DNA from: Candidatus Magasanikiibacteriota bacterium
GTDB taxonomy: Bacteria > Patescibacteriota > Patescibacteriia > Magasanikbacterales > GWA2-37-8
Assembly (NCBI GenBank): GCA_963840935.1
Contig: CAWJAS010000001.1
Coordinates: 320,875-384,874, forward strand
Length of the DNA: 64,000 nt
Direction: 5' to 3'
The notes beneath the pieces are model-generated. The model had not been told where the DNA came from. It ran no database searches and saw only the letters and a program-made list of their open reading frames with translations. Made by a program: the position numbers and the translations under genes. Positions 39,651 to 49,395 of this stretch are shown piece by piece; positions within the stretch are counted from its first letter, which is position 1; every line of letters begins with the position of its first letter.

Positions 39651-40061
39651 TCAGTAGTAGTACTGCTCTTTGTTTTGCGGTTCTCCAAAACCGTAAAGTG
39701 TGAGAAGACGTGAATTTTCCGGGTTGTGGCTAAGCGGGCTCAAAAGGTGCCAACTCATATCGAAATTAGAACCGCCTTCGATATGTTCCGGCAGGTGTTT
39801 TCCGTTCACACAGAAAATAAATTCTGCCGGAACACCGGGGAAAGACCCGGGAACGTGGAAAGCCAGGCCAAATCCGAAGCCAAAATCCATACTACAGGGT
39901 GCAACAATAAATTCGTGGGTTTCGGCGATTTCTTTTAGTCGCTTTGATTCATCCGGAGTGAGTTTTCGTTTTACCATGGCGTAATTCATGCGACTTCTGC
40001 TATCGGTGTGCAATTCCCAAATTTCTTCTTGGAGCCACGCGAGCCACTTAATATTGTCCAT
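39651..40061 (-). CDS. Orphan hypothetical protein (136 aa)
   Basis: SD AGGAGG at 40066-40071 with boxA-like CGCACTTTAAAA immediately upstream. Confidence 0.7.
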   Translation of the reverse strand: MDNIKWLAWLQEEIWELHTDSRSRMNYAMVKRKLTPDESKRLKEIAETHEFIVAPCSMDFGFGFGLAFHVPGSFPGVPAEFIFCVNGKHLPEHIEGGSNFDMSWHLLSPLSHNPENSRLLTLYGFGEPQNKEQYYY

Positions 40062-40189
40062 TTTTCCTCCTTTTTAAAGTGCGATTTATTGATAAAATAC
40101 TTGTTTAAAGCAAATTTGTCAATTGTTTTAACTTGTATATTCGCTAATTTTATACTATAATTTATTCATTGAATAACAGTAAAAAATGT

Positions 40190-40435
40190 ATGGTTCGCAT
40201 TATTATCGGGATTTTGATGGTGGCAATAGGAACGCTTTTGATTTTTAAATCAGAATGGTTTTATCAGAATTTTGGTTCAATTGCTTGGGCGGAAAACAAT
40301 TTGGGCACTTCCGGCGGTAGCAGATTGATGTATAAATTAATCGGTCTTGTTTTTATTTTTGTTGGCATGATGGTGGCCACAAATTTATTCACGAGCTTTT
40401 TAATGGCAACCGTTGGTCGTTTATTAGTCAGATAA
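40190..40435 (+). CDS. Small two-TM membrane protein
   Basis: FGSIAWAENNLGTSGGSRLMYKLIG between two TM helices; heads a tightly packed operon. Confidence 0.75.
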   Translation: MVRIIIGILMVAIGTLLIFKSEWFYQNFGSIAWAENNLGTSGGSRLMYKLIGLVFIFVGMMVATNLFTSFLMATVGRLLVR

Positions 40436-40439
40436 AAAT

Positions 40440-40985
40440 ATGACAGTCGGCACTGCTTTGGTAAATCCAGAAAAAATATACGAAAAAATCAATTTGTCGT
40501 CAGGTATGCGGGCGGCGGATTTTGGTTGCGGTCGCACCGGGCACGTGGTTTTTTCTCTTGTTCCCATTGTCGGGGAGCGCGGGGTTGTTTATGCTCTTGA
40601 TATTATGAAAGATGTTTTGGAGAGCATCAACAGTCAAGCAAAAGCCGGCGGTTATGACAATATTCATACCGTTTGGACGGACCTGGAAAAATACGGCGCC
40701 GCGCCAATCCCGGAAGAAAGTTTGGATGCCGGGTTTTTTATAAATGTGATGTTTATGATAAAAAATCGTCCCGAAGCAATTCGCGAAGCAGGGAGATTGC
40801 TAAAAAATGAAGGTTTTTTGGTTGTTGTCGACTGGCAAAAAAAGATCGGCCCGCTTGGACCGCCGGAAGAGAGGATGGTTAATCCGGATGAATTGACACA
40901 AATTGCCGGTAAAGAAAATTTTAAGCTGGTTGACAAAGTCCCGTTAAATGAATATCATTTCTGCTATATCTTTAAAAAAGAATAA
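40440..40985 (+). CDS. Class I SAM-dependent methyltransferase
   Basis: ADFGCGRTG, VYALDI, RLLKNEG..VVVDW. Confidence 0.85.
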   Translation: MTVGTALVNPEKIYEKINLSSGMRAADFGCGRTGHVVFSLVPIVGERGVVYALDIMKDVLESINSQAKAGGYDNIHTVWTDLEKYGAAPIPEESLDAGFFINVMFMIKNRPEAIREAGRLLKNEGFLVVVDWQKKIGPLGPPEERMVNPDELTQIAGKENFKLVDKVPLNEYHFCYIFKKE

Positions 40986-40987
40986 AT

Positions 40988-41389
40988 ATGAATATTGCTA
41001 ATATTTTTGACTGGTCATATTGGTTTTATCAGCCGTTTATCGCTCGCGGGAATACGGTTTGGATTTGGGTGTTTATTTTCTTGTTCGGAGTTTTGGTGGG
41101 TTTGATTCTCAAATTCATCAGCCAAAAAACCGCGACCAAATACAAAAAAAGAATAATTAACAGTTTTGCCAATGTGGGCTTGGCATCCGGGTTGCTCGGT
41201 TTACTTTGGCTTTTTTTCCGCCAAGAAAGAGTGCCTTTTTTGGCATGGCGTTTTTGGTTACTGGTTATTTTTGCCGGAGCATTATTTGTGGTAATAAAAA
41301 ATTTGAAATTTATTATCAAAAGATTGCCGGAAATAAGAGCTGAGCAAGCGGAAAAAGCGATCAAGGATAAATATTTGCCCAAAAAATAG
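40988..41389 (+). CDS. Hypothetical membrane protein
   Basis: Three TM segments; FFRQERVPFLAWRFW; ends KYLPKK. Confidence 0.75.
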   Translation: MNIANIFDWSYWFYQPFIARGNTVWIWVFIFLFGVLVGLILKFISQKTATKYKKRIINSFANVGLASGLLGLLWLFFRQERVPFLAWRFWLLVIFAGALFVVIKNLKFIIKRLPEIRAEQAEKAIKDKYLPKK

Positions 41390-41397
41390 AATTGAAT

Positions 41398-41757
41398 ATG
41401 GGGGGAAGGTATAGAAAGGATTTTGGCGATTGGGGCGAAAATATTGCGGTGGATTTTTTGCGTCGACGAGGGTTCAGTATTTTTGAAAGAAATTTTCAAA
41501 CAACTCAAGGCGAAATCGATATCGTTGCCAAATACGGCGACGATTTTTATTTTGTGGAAGTAAAAACACGTCGACAAAAATCATTGGCTAATGACTTGGC
41601 AATCGGCAGAATTAAAAAACAAAGATTTGAAAAAGCGGTGAAAAGCTATTGCTATAGGCGCGACATTAAAAATGTCGGGATTATTTTGGCCGGTATAATT
41701 ATTTTGGCTGATAAAATAAAAAAAACCGCAAATATTCGATTTGTGACAATGTCATAG
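41398..41757 (+). CDS. yraN: YraN-family (UPF0102) endonuclease-like protein
   Basis: GDWGENIA..FL, ERNF...GEIDIVA, FVEVKTR. Confidence 0.9.
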   Translation: MGGRYRKDFGDWGENIAVDFLRRRGFSIFERNFQTTQGEIDIVAKYGDDFYFVEVKTRRQKSLANDLAIGRIKKQRFEKAVKSYCYRRDIKNVGIILAGIIILADKIKKTANIRFVTMS

Positions 41758-41836
41758 AATCAATTAAGGCGATTGACAACAGGTAATTATTTTGTTAATC
41801 TTTTGTTCATAAACCTAATTTATCTAAAATATTTAT

Positions 41837-42436
41837 ATGGCAAACAAAAACGAGCGATCATTTGTTATTATTAAGCCGGATGGAGTTCAGCGTTCCTTAA
41901 TCGGCGATATCATCCATCGCATTGAAAGAACGGGCTTGAAACTAATCGCCCTAAAGTTAATTGTTCCGACCGAGGACCAATGTTGGACACATTATAACAA
42001 GGATGACGCTTGGTTTGAAAACAAAGGCGCAAAAATGGTTGAAAGCAGAAAAATTGCCGGACTTTCCACTGACAAACCGGCTATTGAATATGGCAAAGAT
42101 ATTGTTCGAGCTTTGGTAAAATTTATGACTTCAGGTCCGGTCGTTGCCATGATTTGGCAGGGGAATGAGGCGGCGGGAATTGTAAAAAAAGTTGTTGGCG
42201 GAACCGAACCGCTTACTTCTGATGTGGGCACTATTCGCGGTGATTTTACTCTTGACTCATATGATTTGGCCGGTGCAAACGAAAGAGCGGTCAGAAATTT
42301 GATTCATTGCTCCGATAAACCCGAAGAAGCGGAAAGAGAAATCGCTATTTGGTTCAGAAATGAAGAAATTATCAAATACAGATTAGTGGCTGAAGAAATT
42401 CTTTATGATGTGAATTTGGATGGAATATTGGAATAA
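41837..42436 (+). CDS. ndk: Nucleoside diphosphate kinase
   Basis: IIKPDGVQR, MTSGPVVAM, GTIRGDF, NLIHCSD. Confidence 0.95.
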   Translation: MANKNERSFVIIKPDGVQRSLIGDIIHRIERTGLKLIALKLIVPTEDQCWTHYNKDDAWFENKGAKMVESRKIAGLSTDKPAIEYGKDIVRALVKFMTSGPVVAMIWQGNEAAGIVKKVVGGTEPLTSDVGTIRGDFTLDSYDLAGANERAVRNLIHCSDKPEEAEREIAIWFRNEEIIKYRLVAEEILYDVNLDGILE

Positions 42437-42488
42437 ATTTACTGTTTTCAGATATTTGCCGTATCCCAAAAATCTGGTATAATAAAGA

Positions 42489-42618
42489 TGTTTCTGAAAG
42501 AGGCAAAAACTGTTCTACAACAACATGTAATGGTTAGCCAATATTTGATAAGCCCTTGGGCTTTTCGTGAGGCCTACCACCTTTCATCAGGGACATGTTA
42601 TAGCCCCTTTTAGAAACA
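42489..42618 (+). ncRNA. Candidate 6S-like RNA
   Basis: Promoter TTGCCG...TGGTATAAT just upstream; terminal stem TGTTTCTGAAAGAGGC/GCCCCTTTTAGAAACA; rod fold with central bubble; terminator directly downstream. Confidence 0.65.
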
Positions 42619-42620
42619 CT

Positions 42621-42652
42621 AAAAAAACTCAGCCCAAAGGCTGAGTTTTTTT
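42621..42652. terminator. Bidirectional terminator
   Basis: aaaaaaactcagcc-caaa-ggctgagttttttt. Confidence 0.85.
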
Positions 42653-42661
42653 ATTAATTTT

Positions 42662-43030
42662 TTATGAAGTAAGGCCGATAAAATAATCCATTATTTCATC
42701 TTCGCCCATATAGCAGTTTCCACTTTCATACAAAAGCGGAACGCCAATCGTACCCAAATCAAGTTCGCAATTTGTGGAATACAACATTAATTCATTAATA
42801 TTTTCTACGCTTTCTCCGGTATCTTTTATTTCTATGCTATATTTGTCTATAAGATTGTTATCCGATATATATTTTTTAATAATTTCGCAGTGCGGACAAT
42901 TTTCTGTAACATAAAGCGACAGGTTGCCGGCCGGCTGATTTTTGCCTCGGACAACCGAATATGTTAAAGCGCCGGCAATAAACAAAACCAAAATTGCGAG
43001 TGATATATTAGATAATATTGTTTTATTCAT
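42662..43030 (-). CDS. Membrane-anchored thioredoxin/glutaredoxin-like protein
   Basis: N-terminal TM; CPHC; GVP cis-Pro; G.DEI. Confidence 0.8.
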   Translation of the reverse strand: MNKTILSNISLAILVLFIAGALTYSVVRGKNQPAGNLSLYVTENCPHCEIIKKYISDNNLIDKYSIEIKDTGESVENINELMLYSTNCELDLGTIGVPLLYESGNCYMGEDEIMDYFIGLTS

Positions 43031-43074
43031 AATGTTATCAGATAATCAAAACCCCGAATAAATCGGGGTTTTTT

Positions 43075-43254
43075 TTATGCGGACAATTTTTTGCGCAGAG
43101 TTCTTCGGCAGGTGGAGCATGCGCGGGTTTTAACCCCGGAAAGATCCAATATTTGTAGGTTCGGTTTTTGCCTTCTGGGCACTTTTATATTGGAATGGCT
43201 CACATGATTGGCTCTGACGGCAGATTTTCCGCAAAGTTCACAAGTTCTGCTCAT
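43075..43254 (-). CDS. rpmB: 50S ribosomal protein L28 (59 aa, absent from the ORF track)
   Basis: Hand translation MSRTCELCGKSAVRANHVSHSNIKVPRRQKPNLQ...ACSTCRRTLRKKLSA*. Confidence 0.95.
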   Translation of the reverse strand: MSRTCELCGKSAVRANHVSHSNIKVPRRQKPNLQILDLSGVKTRACSTCRRTLRKKLSA

Positions 43255-43326
43255 ATGATTGATTTTTTATCAATAATAATTTACAATACACGCATTATAT
43301 CTGATTTATCTCTTAATGTCAAGACC

Positions 43327-43932
43327 ATGAATCCGTTACAATTATTGTTTTATTTTTTCGTTATTATCCCTTCGGCCATTATTCATGAATACGCTCATGG
43401 CTGGATGGCCGACCGTTTGGGCGACCCGACCGCCAAATACGCCGGTCGCTTGTCTCTTAATCCAATGGTTCATATTGATTGGTGGGGGACGATATTAATG
43501 CCGTTGACTTTGTTTGTTCTTTCTAACGGCAGTTTTTTGTTTGCTTATGCCAAACCCGTGCCATATAATCCATATAATTTAAAAAATAAAAAATGGGGGC
43601 CGGCCATGGTGGGACTTGCCGGGCCGATGGCTAATTTTTTGTTGGCATTCGGGTTTGCCATGCTTATTCGTATTTTACCGGTATCCAATCTGACTAATTT
43701 CTTTTTTATAATTGTGTACGCTAATGTTCTGCTTTTGGTGTTTAATCTTGTGCCGATTCCACCACTCGACGGTTCAAAAATTCTCTACGCCATTTTGCCG
43801 GATTCAATGAACAACGTAAAAATATTTTTGGAGCGCTACAGCTTTTTTATTTTAATGATTTTTATTTTCTTTTTATTCAGTTGGATTGTACCAGTGATTT
43901 GGGCGATTGTGAGATTATTGGTTGGAGGGTAA
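43327..43932 (+). CDS. Site-2 protease family (M50) intramembrane metalloprotease
   Basis: HEYAH, AGPMAN, FNLVPIPPLDGS; start at ATG 43327. Confidence 0.92.
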   Translation: MNPLQLLFYFFVIIPSAIIHEYAHGWMADRLGDPTAKYAGRLSLNPMVHIDWWGTILMPLTLFVLSNGSFLFAYAKPVPYNPYNLKNKKWGPAMVGLAGPMANFLLAFGFAMLIRILPVSNLTNFFFIIVYANVLLLVFNLVPIPPLDGSKILYAILPDSMNNVKIFLERYSFFILMIFIFFLFSWIVPVIWAIVRLLVGG

Positions 43933-43943
43933 TTAATTACTAA

Positions 43944-44005
43944 TTAAAACCCGTCGCTCACGAGCGACAGGTTAAAACCCGTCGTTCACGAGCGACAGGT
44001 TAAAA
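43944..44005. repeat. Tandem pair of 28-bp palindromic units
   Basis: TTAAAACCCGTCG(C/T)TCACGAGCGACAGG twice, then TTAAAA. Confidence 0.85.
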
Positions 44006-44017
44006 ATTTTTATCACT

Positions 44018-44365
44018 ATGAAACTACTTCTTCGCTGGCTTTTGAGCGCCGCGGCGCTAATGCTTATTGCCATGTATGTGCCGGGAATAAAAATTGCTGG
44101 TTTTTACTCGGCTCTCATCGCCGCATTGATTTTTGGACTGATTAATGCCTTAATTCGTCCTTTGGCTTTGCTTTTAACATTGCCCATCAATTTAATCACC
44201 CTTGGACTTTTTACTTTGGTGATTAACGCGGGAATGTTTTGGTTCGCCTCAACCATTGTAAAAGGTTTTTCTGTTGCCGGTTTTTGGCCGGCGTTTTGGG
44301 GCGCACTCATTATGTGGCTTGTATCATGGCTAACGAATATGCTTTTGAAAAATAAGGCGTACTAA
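44018..44365 (+). CDS. YvlD-like 4-TM 'phage holin family' membrane protein
   Basis: ALIFGLINALIRP..LLTLPINLITLGLFTLVINA. Confidence 0.9.
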   Translation: MKLLLRWLLSAAALMLIAMYVPGIKIAGFYSALIAALIFGLINALIRPLALLLTLPINLITLGLFTLVINAGMFWFASTIVKGFSVAGFWPAFWGALIMWLVSWLTNMLLKNKAY

Positions 44366-44380
44366 AAAATTAATTTGCAT

Positions 44381-44533
44381 ATGAAAAGAAATGAGGCGCG
44401 AAGACTTAAAAAACAATTTGACAATAAGATAAAAAAATTGCGTCTTGAACAGATTACTGTGGCGAAAAAATATCATGATAAAAAAAGTACAGATGAAGCA
44501 GATTGCTTGCGTAAAAAAATCTTGTCTATGTAG
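44381..44533 (+). CDS. Small basic helical protein (50 aa, absent from the ORF track)
   Basis: Hand translation MKRNEARRLKKQFDNKIKKL...DCLRKKILSM*; ends 3 nt before the next ATG. Confidence 0.5.
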   Translation: MKRNEARRLKKQFDNKIKKLRLEQITVAKKYHDKKSTDEADCLRKKILSM

Positions 44534-44536
44534 TAT

Positions 44537-47500
44537 ATGTACGATGAGAAAAAACCGACAACTGAAAACGGCGTGGATGAGTTTTCTAAAAAACATGAAT
44601 TAACCGCCGAAGAAATTGAAGCAGTAGAAAGCGCGGAGTTGCCCCCTGAAGAGGCTTCTTTATTTGTTGAACAAGCAACCGAAGAAGTTAACTCATTAAA
44701 TTTAGCTGGTCTTGAGATGCAGAAACAAGTGGGCAATGATAAAGAGGCTGTTGCTTCGCTAGTGGACATTACTAAACAAGCGGAGAGTGCGCTTGACAAC
44801 CTGAAAAATCAGCTTATAGCTGAGCAAGAGGATACGTTGTTAGTCGAAGCTGGGCAGGAGCAAAAAGATACTTCGCAAGAAAAAGAGGGTTTTGAAAAAG
44901 GGGTTCAGTTTTTGAAAGAATTGCTCGTAAAGTATGCGAATTTTTTCGAAGCCGAACAAAATCCGCCGTTTACTGAAGAAGAACAGGCACAAATAGAAAA
45001 TTGTGTTGAGAATATACAATTATACGCTGAGAAATTCCCAGCAGAATCTCTGCGATATGTTGCGTCTGACAAAGAATCTCCAGATCTTATTGATCATGAA
45101 GTAATAGTTCCCAAGGTTTACAAAGCTGTAGAAAAAATCGATCCGGAGAATTGCTTATCTGCGTTCGAAGAATTACTCCGCAAGAATACGTCTTGGAAAG
45201 AAACTGCTATTAAAGAATCAACCGAGCTTTATGCAAAAGACGCTATAAGATCTTATGATGGTAGTAAAATTGAACTTGCAAAGGCGATGCTTGAACAGGA
45301 TGATATTGAAGGGGCTTTGCGTAATATTTTGAGCCTTAAAGATGCACAAGATTATCTTGGTCGAGAAACGGTTGAATCACTTGGGTCTGCGATTTCTGAA
45401 AAAATTAAAAAGAAGATTGAAGGAATGGATTTAAATCAGGCAATAGATTATTGGAAGTCTATGCCCGAAATGTTTAGAGTAAGTGGAGTTTATGGGGATC
45501 ACCTTAAAGGTGATGGTTGTAGACAAATTATTTATGAGAAAGCACTGGGTAATTTTAAATTTGGTCCAGAATTGGAGGGAATTAAAGAGGATGATTATGA
45601 GGGGATGAAACGATTTCATTCAGAACAAAGAAAGTTTTTATTGCAGGTTCTAAAAGATGTTCCGGATGTAATGATTGATCCTGCATTTAGTAAGAGAGTG
45701 CATCATTATTCTCGGTCATGGGAGCCGATAGAACAATTACGTGTCGTAAGTTTAGTTATTGATAAGGGTGAGCAGTTGGACCGTATATTTAATGACGTTC
45801 AGCTTAGTCATTTGCCTGAGGAAGCAAAAGATCTAACCGATAAAGCCAAGAATATTATTGCGAGGCACATTATAAAGAAACAACCATATTTATTGCCAGA
45901 GGCTGTTTCTTTGTTTGGCGCCAAGGAATTTTTGGAAATTTTTTCCAAAAGTAGTAAAGATAGTATTGATGCGGAACATAAAATAGGTTTGTTAAAAGGT
46001 GCGGATCTCCGAATATATAAAATAATACTCTCTCCCGATTTCATATGCGATTCTTGAAAAAAGTGTTAGCCGTTTTCAAGAGCCGCTTACCGGAAGTGGA
46101 AAAGATAAGATTTGGCCACTTATTCTCACGTTGGCAGAAAAAAACGATAATTTTTGCATTTCTGATTCAGATATGGAAATTTTTGCATCTTATCTTGATA
46201 AGTTCGGCGTACAACCGACGGAAAAATTGTTTGAATATTTTTTAAACATAAAAAAAGTTGAGCGTAAGGAAATGGAAGAATTACCGAAGGAGCAACTGGA
46301 CAATGGTCTTGATAGCGTGGAAAAAATAAGTGAGCGCCTGCAAACAATGAAGGAGAAGATTATTGCCGGGGAAATTCCTTTGCCCGCTGAAATGAGTGCA
46401 CTTGATTATGATATATTGGCGGTTGAATTAACATTCCACACAAGTCATTTTGCTCGTTCGCATAAGAATTTATCTGAAATGCACTCAAATTTTCAAGCAG
46501 GTGCTGATTCCGGCAAAATAAAACCTTTACCTGCAGAATATGCGCCTATAGTGCTTAGTGTTGAACGTGTAAAGGTGTCAGAAACTAGCTTAGATAGTTG
46601 TGGTGATGAATATAAGCGTTACCGCACTGACATTCTCGCCGCTGAAAAAATGCTTAAGCCCGAAGGATTTGAAGAAAGTAAAAAAGAGATAATGGGAAAA
46701 ATTGAGTCAGAAATTAGTGCGCTTGGCGTTGAGACTGGCGAAGGAGTGAGCGAAGCGCGTCTCGTAGCGCAAAAAAAGAGAATAGAAGTTTTTAACAGTG
46801 CAGTAAAGGAAATAGTTGCTACTGGTAATATTGATACCTTTCTTAAGGCCGTATTAAAATTAGAAAATAATCTTGGAATTAAAAAAGAAACTTCTTATAC
46901 CACGCCATATTTAAGGCGGATGCTTTTTGCAAAGACAATGACCGAATTTTCCGGCTATGCCAACTTAAATGAGGCGCTTGCCCAAAATGAATCTCCCACC
47001 TTGGATGGAGTGCGTTTTATCCGCGATATTATGTCCAACGCCTTAAAAGAACACGTTTTGAACGACGCGGAGTCAGGCGAATATTTCAGTAAAGAAAATG
47101 CTCTGACACCAAAGGAATTGTCAAAGCTGAGAAAAATATTTCCTTCAGAAAATATCCAGAAAGCACTTAGCAAAATCGAAGGCGATATTGAGGGAAGTAA
47201 GGAAAAATTAGAGATGATCCCGGATAGGAGTTTTACCGGAGAGTTGGCCGGATATTATAGCGATGCATGCTATACAAGGATTGACGACATGCTTCAGAAG
47301 TGGCCTGATATCATTCCATGTAAATTTGTCCGTTCTCGCGACGATGCAACTGGTAAGGAATTAATTGGTGCAGTAATATTAATTGAGAGCGTTAGCGCTG
47401 ACAATAAACCAGTCTTGATTGTAAGAGCTAATAATCCTCGTGATAAATTTTTAGATACGATGCAGGCAGAAAGTTTTTGTGGCGAGGTGGTGAGAGCGGC

Positions 47501-47702
47501 AACTGAATATGCAAGCAAACGTGGCTTGGAACAGGTGCTTATTTCCACCGCAGCCGGCACGGATAGCAACCGTGACAAAATAAAAAATTATGTCGCAGGA
47601 CAGGTGAAAGAAGATGCCACGACTGTAAAACTCCGTGACTCATTGCCATTTAACGGATATGAGATACAAGACAGCTGTATTCTAGCCGCTGAAATAAAAT
47701 GA
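44537..47702 (+). pseudogene. Large acidic hypothetical protein split into two ORFs (44537-46057 and 46026/46131-47702) by a frameshift
   Basis: Second frame is open from 46026, overlaps the end of the first ORF, and its first in-frame start is TTG 46131. Confidence 0.55.
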
Positions 47703-47856
47703 TATGAAAAATTACTCTTCAAACCGTGCGCAGAAAGGCAAAACGGCGTATAGAACGCCGAGTTTGTATAAGGCGAATAAAAGCGTTTTTTATGCCGATG
47801 CAAAGAGCAGAGTTAACGATGAAAAATGGAGAAAGAAAAATTTGAGAGAAACATAA

Positions 47857-47975
47857 TGTCTAATATCCAATTTCCAATGTCAAATGAATGTTAAAATCCA
47901 AATGACAAAATATGACAGATTTAAAATTTGAGTTTTAGATTTGATTGGAAATTCGATATTTTTAATTTGAAATTC
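47857..47975. repeat. Degenerate heptad repeats arranged as inverted arms
   Basis: Left arm with CCAAT/CAAAT every ~7 nt; right arm with ATTTG/ATTGG every ~7 nt. Confidence 0.6.
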
Positions 47976-47994
47976 AAGGTAAATATAATTAATT

Positions 47995-48684
47995 ATGCCC
48001 AATAAACCAATCGTCTTATCCCTCGGCGGATCACTCATCATTCCTAAAACCGGTTTTGATATTAAGTTTTTGAAAGGTTTTAAAAAAATGATTGTTGAAG
48101 AAATAGAAAAAGGCCGGCGGTTTATTATTGTTTGTGGTGGGGGAGCGACAGCGCGCAATTATCAGTCGGCGGTAAAAAGCGTGAGCGAACTCGTGAGCGA
48201 AGATGTGGATTGGATTGGAATTCACACCACTCGTCTGAACGCGCATTTTATGCGGACGATTTTTCGGCAATGGGCCAACCCCATTGTAATAAAAAATCCG
48301 ACCAAAAAAATAAAATGGGATGAGGCCATTCTTATCGGCGCCGGTTGGAAGCCGGGTTGTTCCACTGATTACGACGCCGTGCTTATCGCGAAAACTTACG
48401 GCGCCAAAGAAATTATCAATCTGTCAAACATTGAATATGTTTATGACAGCGACCCCAAAGAAAACCCAAAAGCCAAAAAATTAACAAAAATTTTGTGGAA
48501 GGACTTTAGAAAAATCGTGGGTGATAAATGGATCCCCGGAGCTAACCTGCCTTTTGACCCGATAGCAAGCAAAGAAGCGGAAAAACAAAAAATGAAGGTG
48601 ATTGTCATGTCCGGAGCAAATATTAGCGAAGTAAAAAAGGCGATCGAGGGTAAGAAATTTAAGGGGACGGTGATTGGGTCTTGA
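47995..48684 (+). CDS. pyrH: UMP kinase, archaeal type
   Basis: LSLGGSLI, GGGATARNYQ, IGIHTTRLNA, PGCSTDYDA, VYDSDPK, PFDPIA. Confidence 0.92.
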   Translation: MPNKPIVLSLGGSLIIPKTGFDIKFLKGFKKMIVEEIEKGRRFIIVCGGGATARNYQSAVKSVSELVSEDVDWIGIHTTRLNAHFMRTIFRQWANPIVIKNPTKKIKWDEAILIGAGWKPGCSTDYDAVLIAKTYGAKEIINLSNIEYVYDSDPKENPKAKKLTKILWKDFRKIVGDKWIPGANLPFDPIASKEAEKQKMKVIVMSGANISEVKKAIEGKKFKGTVIGS

Positions 48685-48714
48685 CACTATTTAGAATATT
48701 TGTTATTATCTTGT

Positions 48715-48830
48715 CAGCCATAGACAGTAGCGCCCAATCGGGTTAATTATGCTACCGAGGCAATCTTATCCGCAAAAACGCGGTTCTTAGGTCGAAGATT
48801 GTTTAGTCTGTGGTTTAATAGCCGCAGTTT
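48715..48830 (+). promoter_or_regulatory. Ribosomal protein L10 leader (autoregulatory RNA)
   Basis: AGACAGTAG...TTAA...CTACCGAGG core upstream of rplJ; boundaries approximate. Confidence 0.75.
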
Positions 48831-48861
48831 TTTTATAAAAATTGCGCTATCAAACCAAATT

Positions 48862-49383
48862 ATGCCAAAAACAAAACAACAAAAAGAAGCAACACTCGCG
48901 TCTCTCACGGACGGACTCAAAGGGGCGAAGGCATCTGTTTTCGCCAACTTTCAAGGTTTGACCGTGGCCGAGGCCGATGAACTGCGCAATTCGTGCAGAA
49001 AAGAAGGTATCAAAGTGATTGTTGCAAAAAAGACATTGCTCAAAAAAACATTTGAAGAGCTTGGAATAGAAGCGGATCCAAAAGTTTTTGAGGGCGGTGT
49101 GGCAACCTTTTTCGGTGAAGCCGATGAGGTAGCACCGGCAAGAATTGTGAATGACTTCGCAAAAAAACATGAAGTCGTGGCGATTTTTGGTGGAACATTA
49201 GAAGGCAAATATATTGACGCCGTATTTGTGAAGAACTTGGCGTCACTCCCGAGCAAGCAACAATTGCTTGGTCAATTGGTTGGCACAATTAACGCTCCGG
49301 TTTCCGGATTTGTTAACGCGCTGGCCGGCAATTTGCGAGGGTTGGTATCGGTATTAAATAATATTAAAGAAGCGAAAGCTTAA
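48862..49383 (+). CDS. rplJ: 50S ribosomal protein L10
   Basis: FQGLTV...LR, VAKKTL, LASLPSKQQLLGQLV; start at ATG 48862. Confidence 0.97.
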   Translation: MPKTKQQKEATLASLTDGLKGAKASVFANFQGLTVAEADELRNSCRKEGIKVIVAKKTLLKKTFEELGIEADPKVFEGGVATFFGEADEVAPARIVNDFAKKHEVVAIFGGTLEGKYIDAVFVKNLASLPSKQQLLGQLVGTINAPVSGFVNALAGNLRGLVSVLNNIKEAKA

Positions 49384-49395
49384 TAATTAAATACT

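Noticed and set aside
39348-40061. Prophage or integrative island at tRNA-Leu
   Set aside because: The direct repeats are only 149 bp apart and no integrase or phage genes are nearby.
42489-42618. SRP (4.5S) RNA or tmRNA
   Set aside because: No SRP domain IV GGAA tetraloop/AGCAG motif and no tRNA-like ends.
43944-44005. Mini CRISPR array
   Set aside because: Only two directly adjacent units, with no spacer.
44018-44365. Prophage lysis module
   Set aside because: The YvlD-like 'holin' family is a common chromosomal membrane protein, and no endolysin or phage genes are adjacent.
47704-47856. 50-aa ORF MKNYSSNRAQKG...
   Set aside because: No recognisable family or supporting signal; it cannot be distinguished from chance.
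47995-48684. Recent archaeal gene transfer of pyrH
   Set aside because: Archaeal-type UMP kinase is a known trait of many CPR bacteria, and its composition matches the surrounding genes.
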